A stretch of 64,000 bases of DNA, taken from assembly GCF_000143415.4 (NCBI RefSeq), contig NW_003314328.1:955626-1019625 (forward strand). Direction: 5' to 3'. The notes under the pieces are model-generated. The model did no database searches, was not told the DNA's origin, and was given only the letters and a program-made list of their open reading frames with translations. Each line of letters begins with the position of its first letter. The stretch's first letter is position 1. Shown in pieces: positions 35,171 to 45,625 of this stretch. This DNA comes from Selaginella moellendorffii (taxonomy: Eukaryota > Plantae > Lycopodiophyta). The translations under genes and the position numbers were made by a program.

Positions 35171-35470
35171 CTATACCTTATACTCATGCCACCATGGTAG
35201 TCATTTACACATTCAATACATTATATTTCATTAAGTATTTATAATATACTTTAATATTCTAAAAAGGATATTTATTACAATAATATAAATATGTTTTTTA
35301 TTTATCTTATATTAAAAAATGATTTTAATTTTTTTTCCTTTATAGCAATTTCAATTATAAAATTTGGTAGGAAACAAAACTAATAATCATATTGATGTTC
35401 TAAGTTAGTTTTATGTTTTTTAATACAATATAGACTATCTAGTCCTATATATTACAAAGTACTGGTTTAT

Positions 35471-35825
35471 TTTTGGTTTGCTTAAGCAAACCTATAGGGG
35501 GACTGGGATGGTAGTGGATATACCTAGAATATGCTTGAATATTCTAGGATATTCTACCATCTAACGGTTGTTATTCATTTAGATTAATCTTGTATTTATA
35601 ATTTATAAACATGTTTATAATTTATAAACTTTTTAAAACCTTTTCTAGTATATTCTTTTTTATTCTACCATCTAACGGTTGATATGCAATAAAATTAATC
35701 TTGTATATATAAATTACAAACATGCTTATAATTATAAACTTGATTTGATCAATTGGATTAATAAGTAATAATAACACTAGTATTAAGCAAACCAAGCGTT
35801 GCTACATGCAACGCATAGCAGTTTA
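35471..35825 (+). mobile_element. Non-autonomous Helentron/Helitron2-like element (about 350 bp)
   Basis: 13-bp subterminal inverted repeat TTGGTTTGCTTAA (35473-35485) / TTAAGCAAACCAA (35783-35795). 5' palindrome GGTTTGCTTAAGCAAACC; 3' stem-loop GCGTTGC-TACAT-GCAACGC (35796-35814); T-rich flanks; internal duplication of about 80 bp. Confidence 0.6.
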
Positions 35826-37594
35826 TTTGTTTATTGATCTCCATAAAATATTTTTTCTAAAATAAATAGATCATAAGTGAAGATGTTATAAATTCATTTA
35901 TATAAAAAATATTATTATTAAACCCATTAAACTACAAATTCTAAATCTTTTGTATTATAAAATAATAAATAAATAAATATCCTGATTTTTTATAAAATAA
36001 AAAAGATAACTCTATTTAATATTTAGGATTAATTTCATATCTAGAGTTCTTAGAAATCTGATACTTTGAAAATGACAAAACAAGAAAAAACCAACATCAA
36101 AGCTTTAATCGAGGCGATCTCCTTGGAATTGACGAGAAATGCGAAGCTGCGATCCGGAGCAGCAAGCTGGCGGGCCGCAAACTTTGCTGGATCGAAGCGT
36201 CTGGAGATGCCTTGCAGCACCTATTGCAAAGATGAAACGAGAAGAAAAAAGGCCTCTCTCCTTTTCAATGGAAGTGCTTATCCTTTGCTGCTGCGCGGGA
36301 GAAGAGTGACGAGCTTTTTAGCACTGCGATTTATATGTTAACTCGCCTCAACTCTTTCGGGATCTTCGGTCAGAGATTTAGTTTTGGAAACTTCTTCCAA
36401 TCCTGGCATAAACACGCAAAGAGAAGAAGAAAAAAGAGTGATGGAACCGACGTGCTTATGATGTAACTTTCTATTTTCTAGTTCTACCATGCCAAACATG
36501 TCGATTATTGCAGGATTTGGATCCTGCAAGACGAAAGCATGTTTTCTGGGGAAAAGAAAGAGCTTTTCCGAAGGAAACTTTCTAACGAGCAGCAAAGAGA
36601 TCACGAGCAAGAGCACAGCTTTCCTGTGTGAACTTAAGGAAAGGCATAGCTAGCTAGGCGAGTGCTTACCTTGGATGAAAAAACGTATTTGCAAAAAATA
36701 CGCTAAGCCTGCTGCAAAGTATGTTAATACAACTCGAAGAAATTTTTATGGTGCTGTATGTCATGTGACTCCTTCCATTCGGGAAAAAGTTTTAAACAAT
36801 AAGCAAGCAAAATGCTTCCTTTGCTTAGAGAAATCTTACACCCGGATTAGAGTGCACCAATGCGGGATGTCATGGCATCAGTTAAGGAATAAATCTCCAA
36901 CTCCACCTTTAAATGCTACATGCATATGAGAAAGAACAAGTCAGCTAGAGCACCCTTTGGATGAGGGTCGTGTCTGCTCGCTTTCCCAGTTCCTCCATGC
37001 TTATTTCTCATCCTTGGATGAGCTCCTCACTTCATTCCTGCATTAAAAACCATTGTCACCTTTTCGGCAGGACAATCGAACTAGATGTAGCTGAAATTCC
37101 GCACTGATTCCGAGATCTAGAAAAAAAAAAACAAGAATAAGAGAAGAACAATAAACAAAGAAACCCATGAGAACACCAGAATTTACGTGCTTGGATCCAG
37201 AAAAGTTGTAAACGAGCTCCGAGTGGAGGATACAATTTCCTCGCTATCCGGCACCTAAAATCCAAAAGAGCAGCGAAAAAGCAATGTAAGATCTCTTTGT
37301 AGAAAGAGTACCAGCTGAAGAGCGCAACCTCGGGAGAGAGTGTCCCGGCTTGAAGCGAGACCAGAAGCTAACTGAAAAGATTCCAATGAAAATTGCACAC
37401 GCCATCCAAGAGAAAGAAGCAGATCCTACTTTTCTTCCTTGTTAACTTAAGCCAAAAGGAATAAAGAAAAAAGATAACACATATCCGACTAAAAGATCAC
37501 ATCTTGCAAGATTTTCTCATTCTAGCTCAGAGAGGAGAGAGAGAGTTAGAAGATCATACCTGTAGATTTTCTCATTCTTCACTGCTAGAATAGC

Positions 37595-38710
37595 TCACGT
37601 AGAACCCTGTTCGATTAAAAGTGTTCTCAGGGACGGGCGGTAAAACACTGCCCTGGAATATTCAAGTGCCTCTGTTTCCCAGCGCCCTGTGCTCAAGTCA
37701 TAAACAAACACCATTCCTAATGGCGCAAACATTACGAGATTTCCATCTACGTGGGTATAACAATCGGAAGGGGGATCATACACTTCTTCAGCGAAGTCGT
37801 CATAGAGCAATGCGGAGACCGTAACCAAGCCACCATTGTCGTCAACTTTCCACACACCAAAGCCATCATACCCTGCCTGGCGGTTGTCATCCGCATACAC
37901 CCAACAGCTTGCAAAGTAAAGCTGGCCATTGTGCTCCCACAGCCTCGACGCACACACTCCCGGGAGCGGCAAAACGCAGCGCAGGACTTGTCCATCCCTG
38001 ACTTCCAGGCGGGTTGTGATCCTTAGGCTGCGGATCACTTCCCCAGTGCGCCATCTCGGGCAGTCAAAGTCGTAAAATCCCAGGATGGTGAGGTCGTCCA
38101 TCCTTGTGAGTAAAACATTCTGCCCTAGCTGCACTCTCATGTTGACATTAGCTGGCGAGAAAGAGAGCCTGGAGAGAGAAGACCACACCCCTGTTGCAGA
38201 GTCGTAGATGTGGCAGCAGTGGCCTGAGGCGTGAGGGGAAGTGAAGTGCAGGCCGACTTTGAAGCCATTATTTTTGACATACATTACCGAATCGATCAAG
38301 TCCATATCAGTCTTCTACCTCCCAGTAGAGCAGTGGGAGTTCCATCCACTCTTGGGTAACAGGATTCCCCACCCACAGGCGAAACACGCCATTAGAGGCC
38401 AGATGCTGGAGATGCAAACCAAGCCACCTGCAGAAGCAATGACTTGAGGACTCTCTAGAGGTAGTTCCGGAGACAATGGAACCACCTTGTTGTCAATCGG
38501 CCGTGAGTGAGCCCAGGCGAAGCAGCGGGTTTCGGAAGAGGAGCTATTCAGGACCCGCAAGGATTCCTTGTCCCCACTGTTTTGGCACCAGCGGCGGCGA
38601 AGTGATGGACTGCCCAGAATAACAAGCCTCCATGAGATGGAAACGGCTGACCACAGAGTGGCCAGGTCTACAAAGCTCAAAACCATCTCGAAGAAATCTT
38701 CCTCCCGCAT
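37595..38710 (-). pseudogene. F-box/kelch-like gene, frameshifted
   Basis: F-box MREEDFFEMVLSFVDLATLWSAVSISWR and VIASAGGLVC. WVGNPVTQEWMELP lies in a shifted frame, with a TAG at 38315. C-terminal CHIYDSATGVW and FVYDLSTGRW. Confidence 0.75.
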
Positions 38711-39253
38711 TGTCAAAGGATTCAGAAAGATTGGACCCTTGCCAAAACGAAACACTGATTTCCAAATTGTCTACGTGTTCATTCTGTGGCTACGCAGAAT
38801 TTGAGGAGGGGTTTTAATCAGCCCACCTGTGATTCCATAGAGTTCGCCAACTCCTTTTCCTCCAGCCGTGAGCAATTCAATCTCCTTGGCATGCTTGGAT
38901 GGATACCAGTCCAAAAAAACCGATACATACATAAACTGTCAAACACATAAACATGGTTCTCAACTTTCAAGAATTTCACAAAGAGGCCATGTCCATTGCC
39001 AAATAAACCAGAAAAAAATAAATCTCCATCAAGCAAAAGAACGAAACTATTGTTGAAGAACAAGGTTGAAGAGATCGCATCCACCACCATCTTAGCAAAT
39101 AACCAAATCAACATATCACTAGTAGCAAGAAAACTAAACAAGAAATCCATCCAAGAACACCAGAATATTGGGGTTTTTATCGGCCAACCTGTGATTTGAT
39201 TCTGTGTAGTTGCCCTCCTGCGTGGATCTATTCTCCTTGTACGGACTCGTATA

Positions 39254-39410
39254 GTTTCAGCTGAATTCGTTAGCGTTTGGTTTCAGCTAAATGGCCGAAC
39301 TTTCAGGTCTACATGCCTCGATCGTCGCATCTCGATCGCTCCCTTGCAAATGTATGGGCCTCGAGGACGCGCTGGAGATTTTCGGCCAGATCAGAAAGCC
39401 CAACCAGCTC
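39254..39410 (+). pseudogene. PLS-class PPR fragment
   Basis: CKCMGLEDALEIFGQIRKPN; shares the CAGCTGAATTCGTTAG..TTTGG.TTCAGCT motif with 18404 and 25895. Confidence 0.6.
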
Positions 39411-39584
39411 AAGCGAGAGAGAAATTATATTCGTATCTTTGGCGGCTTAGGCCCGGGTGAGGAGGATTTACGAATTGGCCGCAGAGAGAGATTTCATATC
39501 TTGTAACACGATGAGATGGATTTATGGAGGCGAGACGAGATTTGGAGGCAAATTCTCTTTTTTAAGGAAATGCCGGATAGGCGT

Positions 39585-39638
39585 GCCACGTGGCATAGGA
39601 CGTGGACAGCGCTGACGTGGCTGGGAATCCGACGTGGA
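39585..39638. promoter_or_regulatory. G-box/ABRE cluster (4 ACGTGG cores)
   Basis: GCCACGTGGC 39585, GACGTGG 39599, TGACGTGGC 39613, GACGTGG 39631. Confidence 0.4.
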
Positions 39639-40092
39639 ATTATAATCCCCCAGTGCACAATCTGGATCAATACAAGGTGAAGGCAGCACTGTGCCTTTTA
39701 CGCCTGTTTTAGAGTAGCCGACTTCCTTTTTCGTCAAAGAACTCCATAACCAAATTATCCATGAAACAAAACTATATACATGATCCTATCAAGCATCCCT
39801 CAAGCTCCCATATATATATATCTCGCTCACCCTTGTTCCAAGCACTTTGCTTTCATGACTAGAAGCTTCAAAAAAGTCCCAAAAAGGTTTTGTAAACACA
39901 CCAAGCTGTAAGACAGGAGTAAAATACGGTCAATATTTCGGGATTATGACACTCTTGTACTCAGCAAAAGCTTTTTGCAGGTTGAAGCTTTGCTCCATTT
40001 TGATAATCTCTTGTGTCCGTAGAAGGAGAAGCATGTCATTGCCTGCAGTGAAGACTGCTTATAAATTACAATCAAATATCTATATCCAATCC

Positions 40093-42222
40093 TTAGCGTA
40101 AGACAACATTTCTAGAGGTCGGTTCACAGACGTGGTTCAGCTTCTTGGCATGGTGTGTGCTATGCGTTTGAGTTCTGCACGCAAGTCCGTACCAGCAATC
40201 ATCCCTTCTCGCGGCCTCAGGGGGCATTTCCTGGTGAACAAAAGAAAAACGCAATATACATCTCAAAACTACAAGCTTAAAAAGCTCACCGTCTTCGGGA
40301 TGGACATCCTAAACTTGTCTAACAAGTGCCCAATGACTTTGTCAGCACAGTCACTGCAAATGCACAGTTCATCAGAGCCTGTCAAGAGAAGTAGAGCATT
40401 AGAATCTTACTTGCAGATTGCCGAGGTTGACGTTATTCCTTGCATGTCTGGGAGGGCTGAAAGAACCAAAATAATGGTTGACAAAACGAAGTATATTACA
40501 CAAACATACCAAGCTCAGACCGATCCACCTTCTGCATCCAATCCCTCACAACACCTTCGACGGTGAGCCCATGCTGAGATATGTATTGGTTTGTAAACTG
40601 CACAGCAAGATCAAAGTCAAGAAAACAGAAGTATAGGAATGGAGAAAATGGAAATGACCTCTTGCTCGACTGTATTGGACTTGTGCGTTCCACAGGGAAT
40701 GGAACTTATTTGCCGCTCGTTCATCTAAAATAAAGAGAAACTTCAGACGATGATCATAACGAACACGACTTACAGGTAGCAGTCTTTCGCTTGGGCATCC
40801 GATCTCGCCAGAGTCCGAGGGAAGGTTCTGAGAGCGCCAATAAGCATCGCAACATATAACTCTGCAGGCAGCACCTGAGAAAAGAAAAAGCTAAGAGTCA
40901 GAAGCACAATGACAAGCAGTAGATTACATCTTTGCGGAACACTAAGATCCGTTCTCTCTGGCATTTCCCAACCGCAATTGTCACAGGTTAAATGCGTACT
41001 ACCAGGTTGACATTGGAATGCGCTGCTGTTCGCTACAAAGAAGCAAAACAAGAGTGGGAAATCAGAGACAAAGAAAAGCTTACAGTTGCATTGTCGACAG
41101 GAAGTCCGCTCCTCATCATCTTCACCACCTTCACTTTCATAATCACGGTCGGCATCACCGTCACGACTATCGGCCTCTGATTCGTGAATGCTCTCCCCCT
41201 CATCCTCATCGTCCTCGCCTTCTCGTTGAGATGGGAAGGATGGCACAACCGGAACGCTGCTCAGCGTTGTGCGTAAGTTGCTGCCAACCGGTCGCATGCT
41301 GCTCAAGTTTGCGCGGAAGTTGCTCATGGTAATCGGTTTTGGATTGTTTAGTTTCATCTGTCCAAAGAAGTGAGCCAAAGTAGAAAAAAAAAGGAAAGAA
41401 GAGAGAAATCCTTACAAAGCTCGAGGTGACCACAGAAACTTTGTCCATCTTCTCAATCACCTCCGGCGAGCGCTTGAGAGAAGGATTGTTGCTTAACAAG
41501 TCCTCAACCAAGCTAGCCATCATATGGTTCTTACAGGCGTAGACGATATCACCGCGGCACTGCGGACACTTACACCCGCCCTGTCCTCTGGCTTGAGAGG
41601 TCTTGTACCACTCCGAGAAGCACGCATTACTGCAAAGAAGAAAGAAGAACAACAATGAGGAGAAACTAAACTCGCGAGAACGAGCTCGAAAACTTACCAG
41701 AAGTTGTGCTGACAGGGTGATACGCACACCACATCGTGCCAGATCTCCAAGCAAATGCAGCACTTGAAAGTGGCCACATCGAGCGTTGTCTAGCAGAGAA
41801 ATCGCAAATCTCAGACTAGAGAAAAAAGAAACAAGTGGCCAAACCTTGAGTCGACTCTCATCCTCTGGCTCTTTCTTCTCCTCCTCCGCTGGAGCTTGCT
41901 TTTCTTCTTCCGCTGGAGATTTCTTCTTCTCCTCCGCTGGAGATTTCACTTTCTCCTCCACTGGAGATTTCTTTTTCTCCTCCGCTGGAGCTTTCTTTTC
42001 ATCTTCAACCTTGAGCCGCTTATCGTCCACCTCGTCGTCGCTATCGCCGCCAAGGCGCAAGCTCTGTGAAACGCACTCGATCAAAACCACCGACCAGAAA
42101 GAAGAGGAGAACGAAACCTACATCGGGAATCCGGCGCTTCTGGGCAGCTGGAGGACGATCGCAATCAGAAACTCTGTGAAGCAAAGCGAGAGAAGAGAGA
42201 GAAGCACAGTACCTGACGCCAT
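40093..42222 (-). CDS. CHFR: CHFR-like RING E3 ubiquitin ligase (RING + Cys-rich + PBZ; no FHA seen)
   Basis: CCICLEIWHDVVCVSPCQHNF|CNACFSEW..CPQCR; HLTCDNCGWEMPER; PBZ-type DCWYGLACRTQTHSTHHAKKLNHVCEPT. Confidence 0.85.
41870..42005 (-). repeat. Coding 24-bp tandem repeat (KKSPAEEK x about 6) in CHFR-like exon
   Basis: CCGCTGGAGATTTCTTCTTCTCCT units. Confidence 0.85.
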
Positions 42223-42408
42223 GATCGCAGCGAAGAGGAGCAAAGAAATTTAGGGCTCGTGGAAAAGAATATGCGGCACGGCAAACGAGAATATACCCCG
42301 TTAGCTTCCTCTAGAAGGCACTTTGCTCGAATAATGTGCCGTTGCCTTTTAGGGCTTGTAAAAGCGAATATTCGGCACTCAAAAACGAATATGCCGCAGC
42401 TACAAGGA

Positions 42409-44388
42409 TCAGTCGTTCTGCTCGTCGTCGTGTGGGCGAAGAAGGCTGAGAGACACTCCAGCGCCGAGTGTGGTTGCTACAATGCCTAGAGATACCTCTG
42501 TTGGTACGTGAAGACCTGTGATCAAAGAAATAAAAATCACAAAAGCTAAGATCAAACGTGGCTTACCAAAGAAATCTAGCACCATCTTCGCTCCAATGAA
42601 GCCCAGGATGGCAGCTACGGCAGGCTGGATGGTACAAGAGATGTGAGCACCTAAACCGTGAAGCATCATCTTAAAGAAGTTCTTACTTGCAAGTATTCGA
42701 GCTCGGCCATACTGCTCGAAATCAATGTGTACAGTGATCTTAATCCTGCACAGAAGATGATGTCAAGTCTTCACACTGGATTTCAAGGATCTACCAAGAA
42801 TGGCGAAGAGGTTGGAGGAGAAGACAATGAAGGGATCTCTGGTGACGCCAAACACTGCTGGAATCGAGTCCACCTGTGGAAAGAACACTGGAGTGAACTT
42901 TCAAGCATCCAAAACTAGGTGCGCTACTTACGGCGAAAGCAATGTCGCTTAGCTCAATCACGGCCAGCGTGAGAAGCAGCGGTGTCGCCTACAAAGACTT
43001 AATGCGTTAGCTTCATTCCGAAACTAGAAACTTCGAACCATTCTGACGCCATCAATCGTAGTGAAGAATTTTTGCCCGTCGTAATCGGCTAGAAAGAGCA
43101 ACGTTAGATTCTACGAGCATAATTCGCGAGAACTCACGGGTCACGGGAATAAAGCGCTTGCATGTATTCACAATATAGTTCTCAGAAAAATCGTTTTCTT
43201 CGTCCGAGCCTGTAAGCAGCTGAAGTTATGCAGTTAAGAGAAGCCTTGTGAAACCAGACACAAACCTTATAAGAGGAAAAGAGGAGTATGGCCGCAAGCA
43301 AGAGGTTGACAACTTCAAATCTCTGTGACCACAACCAACGCTATAAGAAAAAAGAAACAAACATTCAGTACGTGCCTCTAGAGTAGCAACGCCGAGAAGA
43401 ATCATGGTAGCCCGAAAAACAATAGCTCCAGCTATTCCATACGTGAGAACGCGACTCTAAGTAGAACATTTCGCCAGTGAGGACGCTAAACTTCATACTC
43501 TGCGCACCTGATACTGAAGTGGTACTTGAAAATAGTTGAAAATAAGAACAAAAACGAAGAGGTTGTCGACCGAGAGGCTTTGCTCCAAGAGATATCTGCA
43601 CCATTGAAGTTAAACAACACAAGCACAGGAAATTTTAGAAGAAAATACCCCGCAAAAAACTCGGACGCTTTTGTTGATCCTTCCGTGACACCAACAAATG
43701 CTCCAAAAGCGGCTGCAGCAGTCACCTAGTAAACAAAATTTCCGAAAGTTGTGCTTTTGTTTTTGGTTTCTTTTGTCACTCACCCAAAATACGACTGTCT
43801 TAATGGCCGCCTCCTTTTCTATGACTGGCTTCGTGACTGGAACGTCCTCGATCTCGATCTCGCCAACAGTGGAGACTGAAATAGCAGCAGCTTCCACGAG
43901 CTTCTCGGCAACAATTCCAATGCTTTGTTCTGTCGATTCATTGTGATCATCTGCGTATCGAAAAGCTTAAGAAATGTAAAAAGAAGGAAGATCACAGCTC
44001 AAAGAAAGAACAAGAAAAAAAAATGAGAGAAAACTTTGTTTTACCTTGTGTGTCTTTTGGCATGCAATGCAACAGTGTCCTCAAAGTAGAGAGCCTGGTT
44101 GCTGCAAGAACAAACAAAAACAGAAAGATTTCTTGCTAAGCGATTCTCTAGAGACTAGAATGATCTTACCGACCATATAACACTAGAGGAGTGTTCGCAT
44201 TCCTTCTCTGCGAGAATCCACGCTTAGTGACCTAGACACAATCAAATCGATGAAATGCCATGGATTCCTACCAGCGATGGAGCCGCATTGCCGGGAATAG
44301 TTGGAGCTGTGAGAATCTCTCGGCGCCAGTGACGAATCGTTGCGGGCGCGCTAGGGCTCGAGAGAGACGCGCAAAATCCCGGCGCCAT
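42409..44388 (-). CDS. TERC: Thylakoid membrane protein TERC
   Basis: KASEFFAG|[51 protein letters not shown]|[39 protein letters not shown]; N-terminal transit-peptide-like sequence. Confidence 0.92.
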
Positions 44389-44485
44389 GGCAAAGAAGAA
44401 AACGCACGCATTCAAATCGAATAGCTACAAACAAGAGGGGACGCGTGTCATTCTCTCGGAGGGTTTAAGCGGTTTAGGGCTTTTG

Positions 44486-45065
44486 ATGGCTATGGAGGAG
44501 GGAGAATCGTCAGGTTCGCTGCTTTGATCGTGGATTTTCCCGCGCTAGATCGCCTCCTCTGTCCAGGAATCGAGGAGGATGCGACGCCCGGCGAGCTGTA
44601 TGATCCACTGATCGACGATCGCGACGAGAAATGGGCCACGGCGCAGCGGCAGGGGCGGAAGTCCGACGCGATTCTCAGCTGCCCGGCTTGCTTCACGACG
44701 CTATGCCTGGATTGCCAGAGGTGAGTGAGAATTTCGATCCGAGAGACAAGAGAGATTTCGATATTTCTAAGGATTTCCCACTGGCCAGGCACGAAATCTA
44801 CGTGACGCAGTACCGCGCGATGTTCGTGAGGAACTGCCGGGTGTGCGAGGACGAATTCGTGGAGGAATCCCGCGGCGATCGCAGGAAGAGCCAGAGGAAG
44901 AGGAAGCGCGAACCGTTATCATCGATCGCTACTCCCGCCGCTGGCGCTGGCGCTGCCGCTCCGACCCTGCGACGCGTGCGATGCGCTGTTTGCAGTGTGG
45001 AAGTCGGGGCGATCGACAGCGACGAGGTATACCATTTCTTTACTGCGCTGCCCAGCTACTCGTAA
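44486..45065 (+). CDS. EAPP: E2F-associated phosphoprotein (Eapp_C) family
   Basis: LYDPLIDDRDEKW, SDAILSCPACFTTLCLDCQR|HEIYVTQYRAMFVRNC, CAVCSVEVGAIDSDEVYHFF. Confidence 0.9.
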
Positions 45066-45625
45066 GAACCCTAAAAGAGAGTGGGGGCGTAAAGGACGTC
45101 CCGGCGGACTTTCCAAGCCGGAAGGTCCAGCGTGCGCAATTGTGGCACGGAAACCACCGGGGCCGGCTGACCATTCCAGCTCGGAATGTCCGCCGTTAGC
45201 TATGTGTATGTATGTGTACATGATGATGATGATGATGTCCCAGGGGCACCCCATTTCGCCGTGATATTACTTTGATCGATAGGGAGAGAAAGGGAAGAAG
45301 CCCTCTTTTGGTGCCGTGGGCGGCGCGGGGCGCGATCGATCGATCCCGGCTGCTGGCTGGTCAGCTTGATCCGGCGCCGGGGAGCCGCGTTTCGTGTGCA
45401 TCGGCGCGTTGAATCTGGTGGTAAGTGGTGGCTGGAGGAGAGCATTTGGTGAGAAGATCGGTTAGGGTTTAGAGATCGGGGCGTAGGATCGCAGGATTTA
45501 GGCGCTGCTGCTGGAAATCCAGGCCGCGACTCTCTCTTTTCTCCTTTTTTCCTTTCTTCTTCTGGCGGACAGTGCATGGGGTACTAGGTGATGATCTTAC
45601 TAAGAGGCTATTGCATGGGTGAAGG

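Noticed and set aside
34918-35234. SR-rich and SD-rich ORFs (RSSPRP, TRSR, SDSI)
   Set aside because: Translations of the 12-bp minisatellite; no coding context.
35439-35465. TCCTATATATTACAAAG as a canonical Helitron 5' end
   Set aside because: Not preceded by A, and no matching 3' terminus was identified.
36066-37560. Short ORFs and splice-like signals downstream of the F-box pseudogene
   Set aside because: No recognisable domain or coherent exon chain could be built.
38818-39199. 110-aa minus-strand and 67-aa plus-strand ORFs
   Set aside because: Non-diagnostic composition and no recognisable homology.
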